DNA of 64,000 nucleotides from a virus (taxonomy: Duplodnaviria > Caudoviricetes): IMG/VR virus record IMGVR_UViG_3300017917_003016, positions 128,001 to 192,000 of that record; one strand, written 5' to 3'. Numbering within the stretch: position 1 is the first letter of the stretch; each line of letters opens with the position of its first letter. A model generated the notes under the pieces. It saw only the letters and a list, made by a program, of their open reading frames with translations. It did not search any database and was not told the DNA's origin. This document shows positions 48,810-59,081 of this stretch, in pieces. The position numbers and the translations under genes are program-made.

Positions 48810-49268
48810 ATGAAATATTTTGCATATGGAATGAACACCAATCTACAGTCTATGCGAGGTCGATGTCCCCACGCACAAAGTCTTGGTCAGGCTGTGCTGC
48901 AAAACTATCAATTTGAATTCAAGGGTTGTGCAACAGTAGTTCCCAACTTTGACAGTAAAGTAGACGGTGTACTTTGGGAAATCACTGATCAATGTGAAAG
49001 ATCTCTGGATATGCTAGAAGGATACCCGCATCTTTATTTTAAAGTCAATGTTATGGTCGTCAAAGACGGTCTATATGTGCCAGCAATGACCTACATGATG
49101 CCACCTGAGTTGTCTTTGTCTTACCCCAGCGAACACTATCTTAACATGCTAGATCAAGGATACATTGAGCATGGAATTAGTCTGCGCCAGTTGAACCATG
49201 CCCTAAAAAGAGTCAATCTTACCAAAGATCGAGACTTGACATTTTGGGAAAAAGAATATACTATGTAA
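48810..49268 (+). CDS. Gamma-glutamylcyclotransferase (AIG2-like)
   Basis: YFAYGMN, V.GVLWEI, LDMLEGYP..Y. Confidence 0.85.
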   Translation: MKYFAYGMNTNLQSMRGRCPHAQSLGQAVLQNYQFEFKGCATVVPNFDSKVDGVLWEITDQCERSLDMLEGYPHLYFKVNVMVVKDGLYVPAMTYMMPPELSLSYPSEHYLNMLDQGYIEHGISLRQLNHALKRVNLTKDRDLTFWEKEYTM

Positions 49269-49307
49269 CTGTCGTGACAAATGTCACATTTTGAGAAGGA
49301 GTAATAG

Positions 49308-49988
49308 GTGAACACCAAGCAACTAGCAGTGGCAGTTTGTGTGGCCGTGGCTTTGGCTGGATGTAGTTCCACTAAGAATGTAGCAAAGAATGCCGAACTC
49401 AAACCCGATTCGGACAGCATTCGACCCAAACCAGTTAGTACAGTTTTTCATAGGCCCCAAGGTACCATGACCATTGTGTTTACCAGCGATGGCAAACTGC
49501 AGGAACTGATCAGCAAGGGATCCGCACCAATTGCAGGCAATAATGCATTCTCAGTAGAGCAGGCAGCACAGGTTGCTCGACTACGTGCAGAGCGCAGCAT
49601 CGCTGACTTCCTGGGCACACAGGTTAACAGTCAGCGTACCGTTAAGGTTCTGAGCACCGCAGTGCAAAAAAGTCTTGAGAACACTACCAATGGCATGAGT
49701 GACGAAACTCGTGTTGACGACAAGGACTTCGATGCCAACGGAGATCCTATTATCTCTAGGTCAGCACAAACGGTGGTAAACGAATTTAATCCCAATACCA
49801 ACAGTGAAAAAGTAGCACAGTTGGTCAAGGAAACTATTATCACTAACAGCACTGCACTGCTTCGTGGTGTCATGGTTACTGAAGAAAAGATTGACTCTGC
49901 TGGACGTACTGTACAGGTTGAAGTTCGTACAGGTCCGCAGTCTATCGGCATTGCTAACGAACTGCGTCGTCAAATGGGGAGTCATTGA
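49308..49988 (+). CDS. Lipoprotein (LPP20-like)
   Basis: Lipobox LAGC after hydrophobic signal; A..VARLRA.RSIA and LLRGV motifs. Confidence 0.75.
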   Translation: MNTKQLAVAVCVAVALAGCSSTKNVAKNAELKPDSDSIRPKPVSTVFHRPQGTMTIVFTSDGKLQELISKGSAPIAGNNAFSVEQAAQVARLRAERSIADFLGTQVNSQRTVKVLSTAVQKSLENTTNGMSDETRVDDKDFDANGDPIISRSAQTVVNEFNPNTNSEKVAQLVKETIITNSTALLRGVMVTEEKIDSAGRTVQVEVRTGPQSIGIANELRRQMGSH

Positions 49989-50116
49989 TGCGTAACTTCC
50001 TAGCGGGCATGGTTGTGGGTATTGTTGTGGCCAGTGTGGGATTTAGTGGAGTGGCTCGCATCCTAGACAAGGGTGTAGACACTGTTAAAACCCATAGTCA
50101 AGAACTGGCACAATAA
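49988..50116 (+). CDS. Small membrane peptide (42 aa)
   Basis: Manual translation MRNFLAGMVVGIVVASVGFSGVARILDKG...; coupled to both neighbours. Confidence 0.55.
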   Translation: MRNFLAGMVVGIVVASVGFSGVARILDKGVDTVKTHSQELAQ

Positions 50117-51192
50117 TGCGCTATTTGCTTGCTGTTTTGACCCTGTGGTCTTGTGTGGCCGCGGCTGGACAAAAAATTGAAGTTGATGGGCACGGTGCCA
50201 ACTTCAACGAAGCCAAACTTAACGGTTTTCAAACTGCAATTGAATTCGTAGTTGGTCAGGTCTTGGTCGCAGACACCGAAGTCAACGGCGATCAGATTAC
50301 CAAAGAATTCATTGGTAGTTATTCAGCAGGCTATATTGAAGGCTATGAAATCCTTAATACCTATCAAGCAGGCGGAAAGGTCATGGTATCAATGCGTGTT
50401 GCTGTGGCCACTAGTAAGATTGCCCAACGTATGATGTCTAGTTCTAATCATAGAATTGTTTTGATTGGGCAACAACTTCAAGACCAATTGGATTCTGTAG
50501 TTGATCAACGACAACGAGGGGACAGAATTCTTAGCGAAGTTTTAACGAGTTATCCCAACAATGCTTTTACTGTAAACTTGGGCAAGGTTGGACTTGCTGT
50601 AAATGAAGTTCGACAACCAATCATTGAAGCCACCTACGAAATAAAGTGGAATCAGGCATGGTTAGAATCTTTGATAGAAACTCTTGATGTAGTTGCTGTC
50701 GATAGTCGCAGTTGTAATAGTTGGTTTGCCAAGTGGGACAAAAAAATTGAGTTGGGCTACACACAGGGTCTGATTGGCCGCATGCGAGACACTCCCTGTG
50801 GACAGGAAGCAGACATGCAGGTAACCTATCGTCAACCCAAAAGTTGGCTGTCTACTACAAAAAGTTTTTATTTCCCTGACCTAAATACCTTAGATGTGAT
50901 CAAAAGCAATCTTATGAATACTGCAGGTCAGCACATTGGCGTTAGTGTATTGCTTATCGATGCTGGTGGGGGCGTTCTAGATCGTAGATGTGCTAACATT
51001 GATAGTTATGATCTAATTCGTTATCATGAACCTAAATTTGAAGTGATTAATCGTGCGCAGGTTCAAAAACATGTCAAACCAAGAATTCTTGGTCTGGGTA
51101 GTATCCAGGGAAATCTTGCTATTCATCCCCGCGGTATCAACTTAGCCAGCGTTGCCAGAATTGATATTAGTGTTGTAAAAACCTGCAATTAA
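50116..51192 (+). CDS. Secreted/periplasmic protein
   Basis: Signal peptide; V.GHG.NFNEAK..GF..AIE..VG N-terminal domain. Confidence 0.7.
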   Translation: MRYLLAVLTLWSCVAAAGQKIEVDGHGANFNEAKLNGFQTAIEFVVGQVLVADTEVNGDQITKEFIGSYSAGYIEGYEILNTYQAGGKVMVSMRVAVATSKIAQRMMSSSNHRIVLIGQQLQDQLDSVVDQRQRGDRILSEVLTSYPNNAFTVNLGKVGLAVNEVRQPIIEATYEIKWNQAWLESLIETLDVVAVDSRSCNSWFAKWDKKIELGYTQGLIGRMRDTPCGQEADMQVTYRQPKSWLSTTKSFYFPDLNTLDVIKSNLMNTAGQHIGVSVLLIDAGGGVLDRRCANIDSYDLIRYHEPKFEVINRAQVQKHVKPRILGLGSIQGNLAIHPRGINLASVARIDISVVKTCN

Positions 51193-51402
51193 ATGACACG
51201 CAAAACAAAATGCCAAGTTGACCTGCAAGGTGTAAATATTAGAAACACAGTGGATTGGTGCAGCGAAAATTTAACTGAAAATCAATGGGAAGTAATTCCT
51301 TTGCACTTGTTTCCTTTAGAATGCCGATTTACCTTTGACACTGAACAAACCAAACTACTGGTTCTTTTGAATCTTGACTTTGCCAATAAACAGATAGTAT
51401 AA
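51193..51402 (+). CDS. Hypothetical protein
   Basis: Operon-adjacent 69 aa ORF. Confidence 0.5.
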   Translation: MTRKTKCQVDLQGVNIRNTVDWCSENLTENQWEVIPLHLFPLECRFTFDTEQTKLLVLLNLDFANKQIV

Positions 51403-51409
51403 TGCAACT

Positions 51410-51748
51410 ATGATAGACTTTATTCTACAAATTTTTATTTGGTGGATGATTTTTGAAGCCGTGTTTTTTGTCGCGCGATGGTATTTCAATTATCGCATGG
51501 AAAGTCGCATTGACCAAGAAATCACAGGTCTGCTCAAAGAGGTTCGTGAAAACTGCAAGTTGGTTAGTACTGAAGTTGTAGATAATGTACATCTCATGTA
51601 CGACCAACTGACTGGTGATTTTGTCTGTCAAGGCAACAGCGAAGCAGAACTCTGGCAACGTGCTAAACAGCGATTTCCCAACAAAGAATTTGTTGTCAAA
51701 GAAAACGCAGATGGTGTTCCAACTTTTAAGTTTAGGAGAGAGCGGTGA
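51410..51748 (+). CDS. Membrane-anchored hypothetical protein
   Basis: N-terminal TM; TTGACT..TATAAT promoter at 51374-51403. Confidence 0.65.
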   Translation: MIDFILQIFIWWMIFEAVFFVARWYFNYRMESRIDQEITGLLKEVRENCKLVSTEVVDNVHLMYDQLTGDFVCQGNSEAELWQRAKQRFPNKEFVVKENADGVPTFKFRRER

Positions 51749-52173
51749 GCATGCACCTTGTAGGTCCTTATCTTACTACCACTAACTATCGCAAGCGTAA
51801 GGTCACGGTAACCAAAGCCAAACAAGCGCAGTGGCATGATTGGTGGATGGCGCGCAATCGAGAACTCAAACGTCAAGGGCTACCTAAGATTTCATTTGAA
51901 CAATTTGTAGACGAACTACACGGTCGTGTGCATGTCGCTAAAGTTCGCCCTAATCAACAGGGACAACTTGCGGTCAATTATCAGGTGCCACGCGAACGTA
52001 GTACTGCACATATCCCCTCCCGTGATTCGTGGCAAGGTTCAACGGCTAAGAAAGAATCGCCTAAGTACACCGGTGATGCTATGATTGGTATTGGTGTTAT
52101 GCACAAGAGCAACAGTGTGCCTATTTTTAAGGCAGAAGACGCACGTGATATCAGCAGCATGCGCCGAGGATAA
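51745..52173 (+). CDS. Conserved hypothetical phage protein
   Basis: YTG...IGIGVMHKSNSVPIF...A.DIS.MRR C-terminal motif. Confidence 0.7.
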   Translation: MSMHLVGPYLTTTNYRKRKVTVTKAKQAQWHDWWMARNRELKRQGLPKISFEQFVDELHGRVHVAKVRPNQQGQLAVNYQVPRERSTAHIPSRDSWQGSTAKKESPKYTGDAMIGIGVMHKSNSVPIFKAEDARDISSMRRG

Positions 52174-52370
52174 TGAAACAGTCTGTGATTTTTTTAGTTA
52201 TGATTGCATTGACTGGCATTGCAATGGTTATGTTCATAACAAAGAACTATTTAGAACCCCAGCAAAAGACTTTTAATTGCGGCCTGCTCGTTGGCGGCTG
52301 GCATCCAGATGTGCCTCAGCACATACAAGAATACTGCAGAAAAAGGAGTACAACCAGTGAGCAAGGATAA
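52173..52370 (+). CDS. Small membrane-anchored protein
   Basis: TM helix, C...WHPDVP.....YCR. Confidence 0.55.
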   Translation: MKQSVIFLVMIALTGIAMVMFITKNYLEPQQKTFNCGLLVGGWHPDVPQHIQEYCRKRSTTSEQG

Positions 52371-52749
52371 AGACATAGAAACCATATGGTTAGATACATT
52401 TGATTCAAATACCATAGACCTTACCCAAATAGGTAATATTGTCATTGATAGCACTGATAGCATGGTGTCAGACTATTGGAGCAGTATTATTAGTGGAGCA
52501 GATTACGACACACTTACTATCGGTGGTGGCGGTACCGATATATGGACCAGCAGTTCCTATCCAATTAATCAAGAAGTGGTACTCAGTGCTGGTGGCGAAG
52601 AAATGATCAAAATTACTCCAGAAGGATTTTGGGTGCGAGGTGTTAAAGTTGAACAAGATTCTAAAGAAGCACAGGCTGTCTACGAAGCATTTAGACGTTG
52701 GCAGACTGCACAGATTTTAAATTCCGACAGTGAAATTATCATTAAATAA
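52357..52749 (+). CDS. Hypothetical protein
   Basis: GTG start after AAGGAG; acidic. Confidence 0.55.
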   Translation: MSKDKDIETIWLDTFDSNTIDLTQIGNIVIDSTDSMVSDYWSSIISGADYDTLTIGGGGTDIWTSSSYPINQEVVLSAGGEEMIKITPEGFWVRGVKVEQDSKEAQAVYEAFRRWQTAQILNSDSEIIIK

Positions 52750-52754
52750 CTATA

Positions 52755-52970
52755 ATGGCTAAACAAGATGCGATTGTAATGAGCGGTGTTGTTGAAGAAG
52801 TATTAGGCAACAGTATGTTCAGAGTTAAACTAGAAAATGATCACATGATCACTGCCTACATCGGCGGAAAACTGCGTATGCACACTATCAAGATCATTAT
52901 GGGAGACGAAGTAGAAGTTGAAATGACTCCTTACGATCTATCCAAAGGTAGAATTACATTTAGGAAATAA
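52755..52970 (+). CDS. infA: Translation initiation factor IF-1
   Basis: MAKQD.I...[14 protein letters not shown]...AYI.GK.R...[19 protein letters not shown]. Confidence 0.95.
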   Translation: MAKQDAIVMSGVVEEVLGNSMFRVKLENDHMITAYIGGKLRMHTIKIIMGDEVEVEMTPYDLSKGRITFRK

Positions 52971-52972
52971 AC

Positions 52973-53296
52973 ATGGTAACAATGACCACAGAAGCCATAG
53001 CCAAAATTAAAACCATGTTAGCAGAAGAGTCTGACCCAAATTTAAAACTGCGTATGTTTGTGCAGGGAGGCGGCTGTTCGGGTTTTCAATATGGCTTTAC
53101 CTTTGACGAAGAACAAAACGACGACGATTTTGAGTATGAGTTTGACGGTGTAAAACTACTAATTGATGCTATGAGCAGCCAATATGTACAAGACGCTGAA
53201 ATTAACTATGTAGAAGATGTCAACGGTAGTCAATTTAGTATCAAGAATCCTCAAGCAGTGACCACATGTGGTTGTGGGAGTAGTTTCAGCGTATGA
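52973..53296 (+). CDS. erpA: A-type Fe-S cluster carrier (ErpA/IscA/HesB family)
   Basis: [15 protein letters not shown] and [10 protein letters not shown]. Confidence 0.9.
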   Translation: MVTMTTEAIAKIKTMLAEESDPNLKLRMFVQGGGCSGFQYGFTFDEEQNDDDFEYEFDGVKLLIDAMSSQYVQDAEINYVEDVNGSQFSIKNPQAVTTCGCGSSFSV

Positions 53297-54138
53297 AAAT
53301 AGCACTGTGTTTTAGCGGACAAAACCGTACGGGGCACGTTACCGCTGAAAACATCAAACGTTATGTGGGTGATCTACTGCCCAATTGTGATGTGTTTGCG
53401 CACTTTTGGGACAGCGAAACACGCGGTACAGGATATGCTAATCGAGAAGGTGCAGTTAGCACCAATACAGAATGGCACAGTCCTCAACCATCTTCACAGA
53501 ATAAATTTGTAGAGTTTTATAATCACTGGATGCCTCGTACCATTATGGTAGAGGAATATGATCTACAACCAACTCGCCCTAAGTGGGGAGGTCGCAGATG
53601 GGACCCAGTGGAAGGCAAATGGCACGTCAGTATGTGGCGCAGTCTTTGGGAAGCCAATCGCCTTAAAATGAACTATGCTCAGAAAAATCAAATTGTCTAT
53701 GATTATACTCTACGACTGCGTAGTGATTTGGTTTTTGATTCTAGTAAAAGTTTAGAAGAGGACCTAAAACTAATACAAAACAATCAGATGTTGCTTTTTG
53801 GTGATCATTATGCCATATGGCCAATACATGGTATGACGAGAATTGAAGATATCTTTTGGATTGGTCCCAGTAATGTCATAGATCAGGTCAGCACTTACTA
53901 TGCGGCCTATACCAACACTGTAATCAATATTGATGAACCTCAACAGCCCGGGTATCAGGATTGGCAGTGGCATAGTGCTGCTTGGATTACCCGTGCACTG
54001 GGTTACAGGTTTTATCCTTTAGAAAACAATACCATTCGTATCTACACTGAACAAGATATTCAGGCAGGTATAGATCCCTTATCGCCTGGTTTTGGGCCTG
54101 CACCTCGTTACGGTGCTTTTGAAAATAAAAACCTTTGA
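53293..54138 (+). CDS. Glycosyltransferase-like hypothetical protein
   Basis: [25 protein letters not shown] pattern. Confidence 0.5.
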   Translation: MKIALCFSGQNRTGHVTAENIKRYVGDLLPNCDVFAHFWDSETRGTGYANREGAVSTNTEWHSPQPSSQNKFVEFYNHWMPRTIMVEEYDLQPTRPKWGGRRWDPVEGKWHVSMWRSLWEANRLKMNYAQKNQIVYDYTLRLRSDLVFDSSKSLEEDLKLIQNNQMLLFGDHYAIWPIHGMTRIEDIFWIGPSNVIDQVSTYYAAYTNTVINIDEPQQPGYQDWQWHSAAWITRALGYRFYPLENNTIRIYTEQDIQAGIDPLSPGFGPAPRYGAFENKNL

Positions 54139-54213
54139 CCTGCGTTCTGCGGGTTTTTAATTATTCATAGTTCGATAAATACTAGATAACAAAGATTATC
54201 TAGGTATCGAACT

Positions 54214-54765
54214 ATGACCATAACCACTCAACCTTTTTTAGCAGTAGCCGTTGGCTCAAGTGCTAACGATGGCACCGGCGACGACCTGCGCACTGCCTTT
54301 CAAAAAGTCAACGCAAATTTTGGATGGATGGGCAACATTGGATTCAATGCAGCCAATCTAAGTGTTAGTACCGTTGAAGTGTCCGGAAGTTTAACTGTGT
54401 CCGGGCCTACAACGATCAGTGGTAATTTAATTTCAGGTGGCGCACATGTTGAAACTGGGTACAGACAGTTAAAACCTACAGGAAATGTGGAAGTCACAGC
54501 CAATGTAGGTATAAATCGTTTATTGTTACATCCAACCGGAACTATTATTAGTTTTGGTGCAAATGTAACTCTTCCTAATACACAAGCAGATGGAACTATT
54601 TTTAGTATTTCATCAAATGTAACTATATCACAACTGTCCGTTCAGCCAAATTGGAATGGAGTAGTCACTGTATCGCCTTTTGGTAACATAAGTTCAGTGA
54701 CTGCAGGCACAGTTACAAGATACATGTATATTGCTGCTGACTTTAAATGGTATAGAATAGCCTAA
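54214..54765 (+). CDS. Structural (baseplate/fibre-anchor-like) protein
   Basis: GSSANDGTGDDLRTAFQKVNANF N-terminus; GATAAATA upstream (54174-54181). Confidence 0.75.
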   Translation: MTITTQPFLAVAVGSSANDGTGDDLRTAFQKVNANFGWMGNIGFNAANLSVSTVEVSGSLTVSGPTTISGNLISGGAHVETGYRQLKPTGNVEVTANVGINRLLLHPTGTIISFGANVTLPNTQADGTIFSISSNVTISQLSVQPNWNGVVTVSPFGNISSVTAGTVTRYMYIAADFKWYRIA

Positions 54766-54774
54766 GGAAATTAA

Positions 54775-57700
54775 ATGGCATACCCAGTTTGGTTAACCCC
54801 CGCAGGTAATCTAGGCACAGTTCCGGAGGCTGAATACTATCAATTTACCCTGGACGCCTATGATACATCAGGTGGAATTCTTAAATTCTTCAAACTCAGC
54901 GGAACACTGCCTCCAGGTTTGCAAATTACCCAAACTGGTAGTCTACAAGGTATACCTATCAGTACTGGCGGTCCTGATCTTAATCAAACCTATACATTTA
55001 CTGTTAGAGTACAAAATCAAACTACACTATTAATTTCTGATCGATCGTTTAATCTAACAGTAACTAACATTGCACCACCAATAATTGTGCCAAGAAACGT
55101 AGATCTTGGCGAATACTTTGATGGTCAACCAATTAATATACAACTTGAAGCCACAGAATTCATTGCTGGAGGCAATCTTGTTTGGTCATTGAAAAGTGGA
55201 ACACTACCCCCGGGGTTGACAGTTTCGTCTTCTGGTTTAATTGGTGGATATATCAATCTAATACCGGCTGTTGGCCCCGCGGGAGATCCGGGGTGGGATG
55301 ACAATCAATGGGATACATCTTTTATCTATGCTAATGCTTCAGCCAATCTAGGATGGGATTTTCCATTAGGAACTGCGGCAAAACACTTTGAATTTACAGT
55401 TGAAGTTACCGACGGTGGATTATCCAGTACGTCGACTTACAAAATGTATGTGGTTCCAAAAAAGGGAACCACAGCAGACAGTACTTTAATAACAGTAGAC
55501 ACCACTATCATCAATGGAGTTAAGTTTACTGTTGACACAGGTGGCAAACACAATCCAATTATCATCAGTACTCAAGATAATGTTCCCTTGTCTAGACAGG
55601 GGTCTTGGTTTTCTCTGCAGATACAGGCCATTGATCTAGATGAAGATATTCTAGAATATACTGTTCCAAATCTATCTGCAGGAACGGTTGACGAACAAGT
55701 GGTAGTTGGTAACGGTGTCCCGTATATAGGAAGATCTTTTGTTATTGACGGTAATATTTCAGTAGGTATTGCAAACATCAGCAGCACCATTCCAGATTTA
55801 ATCAGCGGAGATGTGGTACAGGTATTAAATCCATTCTATGATTTTGCCAGTGGTCAAACCAGTTATGTTTGGTACGATGCCACTATTAACAATCATGGAA
55901 AAATTCGTATCACTGGCAATACTATAATTACAGCCAACGTTGGAGACTACATAAGCCAATCTATAGGCAATGCCAATGCAAAGATCACTAGTACTACTTC
56001 TACTACCGGTAATATTCTATTAGAAGGAACAACCATCCTTGCTGACATCTTAATTGGCGGCAATTTGATTGTCAGTGCAAATGTTGGAGATATTATTACA
56101 CAAATTGGTTCAACAGGCAATGCCACAGTGACTTCAAATGTAAGATTGGGTGCACTGGTATCTGCAACTTATAATTCTGGTGTTTTTAGCACTACTGCAG
56201 GAAATTTAAGAATAAATGGTATAAATGCCAATGCCTATCCAGTGAGTGTTTCAACTTCACTGATTTATCCTTATTTCAGAGCCAACATTGGTGATACTAT
56301 AACCCAAACAAGCACTGGGGCAAATGCTACGGTGACAAAAAATCACAGTACTTTAAATGCTGACACCATGCGACCTTCTCTGTTTGAAGTGCAGTTTAAT
56401 TCAGGAACTTTTGCTGTTGGCGCAACTGGTGGTAATGTGAAAATTAACGGTAATGATGTCGTTGCGTGGCCCGCAGAGGTCTTTACCAATGCAGATATAG
56501 GATATATCTATAATACATCAAATACTTTTAGATTGAATGCATCGAGTGCTGCAGGTTTGGTTTATATCGATGGAAGAAACAGTTTTGCTATACCCACTAA
56601 CTTTTTAGAAGTAGGTGTTGATGTTGGTGCTAGTCCCAGTACACAGGGAACAATTGGGTTTGACGAAAATAAGTTTGATCAAACTACTCTGATATTGCCA
56701 GGATCGTTATCAATAAACACGGCATCTGGATGGATCACTGGATTTTTACCTGCGCAGACTGCCAACGAAACTACTTATAATTTTGAAGTAATCGCTTTTA
56801 AAAGAGATTATCCAAGTTATCAAACTAGTCAACTTTTTGATATTATCGTGCTTGGGGACTTGTACAATACTGTTGAATGGTTAACTCCTAGTTTCCTTGG
56901 TACTATCGAAAACGGCGAAGTAAGTGATCTAGGTGTGGTTGCATTTAGTCCAGAGGGTAGAAATCTTTACTATTATTACACTCCCGGATCTTACATTAAT
57001 ATGGTCCAGGGTCTAAGACTTCAACCAGATGGTTTAATCAGCGGAAGAGTTAGTTTTGAACTATTTGGTTTAGATTCAGGTGAAACTACATTTGATGCAG
57101 ATATCATAACCAGAAACCCAACTACTACTTTTGATCACACATTTGAATTTACTGTCACTGCAAGAACCTACGACCAAACAGCATCTTCAAATAAAAAATT
57201 TACCATACTAGTACGCGAGCGTAATGTACGCCCATATGACAATGTATACCTAAAAGCCCAATTAAACAACTATCAGAGATTAGAATTTAGAGACATAATA
57301 CAGAATACAAAAGTATTCCCACCTGAACTTATCTATAGAGCCACAGATCCGTGGTTTGGTCTTGCTCGCGATGTTAGAACATTGTTTTTACCAGGTCTAA
57401 ATGCCAGTAATCTAGCCGTATGGTCGGAAGCAATTCGCACTAACCATTTTAGTAAACGCCTACTGTTCACTGAAGTTAAAACCGCAGTGGCCAAAAAAGA
57501 TGGAGTCTACGACGTCATAGAAAATATCACTGGGGACGCCATCGGAACGTTCAATGCCTATACTAGAATTTTTGTACCTTTTGATTTAAATTCTGGTTAT
57601 TCTGTGCTGTCAAATTCGATACCAACAGGAACCACCATTGGAGATCAATCTATCAAATATGAAGTGGTATACGCTGAACTTAAAGACCAAAACAGCAATG

Positions 57701-59010
57701 CAGAAGGACAGGGCCCAGCAAACTCGATTGATTTGCAAAAAGAAATAACCAATCCATACTATGATAGCAACGGAAATGCTTATGTCATTGCTGCTCCCAA
57801 TGCTTTTACTAACATGGACGACATTGTGGTTAAACATATTGGCTATCAAGATCAGGGTGTGTTGCCCGATTGGATGACCAGTATTCAACCAAATGGTCAA
57901 CAACTTGGATTTGTTAGAGCCGTAGTATTGGCCTATACTGTACCAGGTGCCGCTGAAACTGTGGCCTGGAGATTTAAAGAACTAAACTTTGACCTTAATG
58001 AGATAAATTTTGTTGCCGATCGCTACTATCTTGACAATATCTATTCATCAAACTATGATTTAACTGCTAATGCTTACATTACTAGTCGAGAAACCAGTTT
58101 TGATCGGTACCCTCCTTTGGGCACCAGTTTTAGTCCAATTTCCTCAGTCGATTATGCAGTTACTCAATCATTCCAAGATATAAATGAAAAAGCAGTATCT
58201 GAAATAGTTTTATCAGGCGGACTGGACGGTATTACTTCATTTAGAAACGGTGAAACTTTGGTATTTTACGAACAGGAATTCAACTATGGAATTGCAATTT
58301 CTGATTCATATAATCAAGGCTGGGCAATAAGTACGGCTCCATGGGATGACTCAGACCCTGCAATCGGCGACTGGGATTTTAACAGCCTACAAGGTTGGGA
58401 TCCGGCTAGTTATGTTCCGGGATACAGAGAATGGATCAGTAGCAAACAAGTTTTTGGATCTAATGTTGTTTATTCTACACCAAATCAACGTATGGGCATA
58501 TGGAGAATAAATGTTAACAATGATTTTGTTAGGTTGACTCTTGCCAACGTTTCTGTCAATGTTGTGTCCGCAGCAGCAAATACTACAGGTTATGGGTCTA
58601 ACGTTAGCGTGTCTAGTACAAATAATCTTTTTGTTGGTATGCCTATTAGAGGAGTTGGATTGGGTAGTGACAGTTCAATAACTGACATAATTGGCGGCAA
58701 TATTGTTGTATATCCTGCGGTTTCTGGTACAATCACTAACCCATGGACAGCAGTGCCAACAGCAAGCCTTAATGATGTTGTTTTTGTTAGAAATGGCTTT
58801 ACCAATGGCGGTGTAAATATTTACTATGATCCGGTGATAAAAACTAACAAAACCGTACCAAGTTGGAATCGCTTGCCACAACAGGTCAAGGCCAAGGGGA
58901 CAACATTTGACGGAGACGGGACTAAATTCTATGATTATCGAGATAATTATGTAATTCCTCAACAGGGAGAAAAACTTGTTAGATTCCCACGTACTAATGT
59001 ATTTGTTTAA
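54775..59010 (+). CDS. Large baseplate wedge-like protein with Ig-like repeats (1411 aa)
   Basis: Repeated SGTLPPGL....G.I.G Ig-like motifs; T/N-rich. Confidence 0.7.
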   Translation: MAYPVWLTPAGNLGTVPEAEYYQFTLDAYDTSGGILKFFKLSGTLPPGLQITQTGSLQGIPISTGGPDLNQTYTFTVRVQNQTTLLISDRSFNLTVTNIAPPIIVPRNVDLGEYFDGQPINIQLEATEFIAGGNLVWSLKSGTLPPGLTVSSSGLIGGYINLIPAVGPAGDPGWDDNQWDTSFIYANASANLGWDFPLGTAAKHFEFTVEVTDGGLSSTSTYKMYVVPKKGTTADSTLITVDTTIINGVKFTVDTGGKHNPIIISTQDNVPLSRQGSWFSLQIQAIDLDEDILEYTVPNLSAGTVDEQVVVGNGVPYIGRSFVIDGNISVGIANISSTIPDLISGDVVQVLNPFYDFASGQTSYVWYDATINNHGKIRITGNTIITANVGDYISQSIGNANAKITSTTSTTGNILLEGTTILADILIGGNLIVSANVGDIITQIGSTGNATVTSNVRLGALVSATYNSGVFSTTAGNLRINGINANAYPVSVSTSLIYPYFRANIGDTITQTSTGANATVTKNHSTLNADTMRPSLFEVQFNSGTFAVGATGGNVKINGNDVVAWPAEVFTNADIGYIYNTSNTFRLNASSAAGLVYIDGRNSFAIPTNFLEVGVDVGASPSTQGTIGFDENKFDQTTLILPGSLSINTASGWITGFLPAQTANETTYNFEVIAFKRDYPSYQTSQLFDIIVLGDLYNTVEWLTPSFLGTIENGEVSDLGVVAFSPEGRNLYYYYTPGSYINMVQGLRLQPDGLISGRVSFELFGLDSGETTFDADIITRNPTTTFDHTFEFTVTARTYDQTASSNKKFTILVRERNVRPYDNVYLKAQLNNYQRLEFRDIIQNTKVFPPELIYRATDPWFGLARDVRTLFLPGLNASNLAVWSEAIRTNHFSKRLLFTEVKTAVAKKDGVYDVIENITGDAIGTFNAYTRIFVPFDLNSGYSVLSNSIPTGTTIGDQSIKYEVVYAELKDQNSNAEGQGPANSIDLQKEITNPYYDSNGNAYVIAAPNAFTNMDDIVVKHIGYQDQGVLPDWMTSIQPNGQQLGFVRAVVLAYTVPGAAETVAWRFKELNFDLNEINFVADRYYLDNIYSSNYDLTANAYITSRETSFDRYPPLGTSFSPISSVDYAVTQSFQDINEKAVSEIVLSGGLDGITSFRNGETLVFYEQEFNYGIAISDSYNQGWAISTAPWDDSDPAIGDWDFNSLQGWDPASYVPGYREWISSKQVFGSNVVYSTPNQRMGIWRINVNNDFVRLTLANVSVNVVSAAANTTGYGSNVSVSSTNNLFVGMPIRGVGLGSDSSITDIIGGNIVVYPAVSGTITNPWTAVPTASLNDVVFVRNGFTNGGVNIYYDPVIKTNKTVPSWNRLPQQVKAKGTTFDGDGTKFYDYRDNYVIPQQGEKLVRFPRTNVFV

Positions 59011-59081
59011 TTTTTAAGCAGCGGAATTCTTATAAATACACTTGTTAGTAGATAAATAACTACATATTTGAGAGACTTTAG

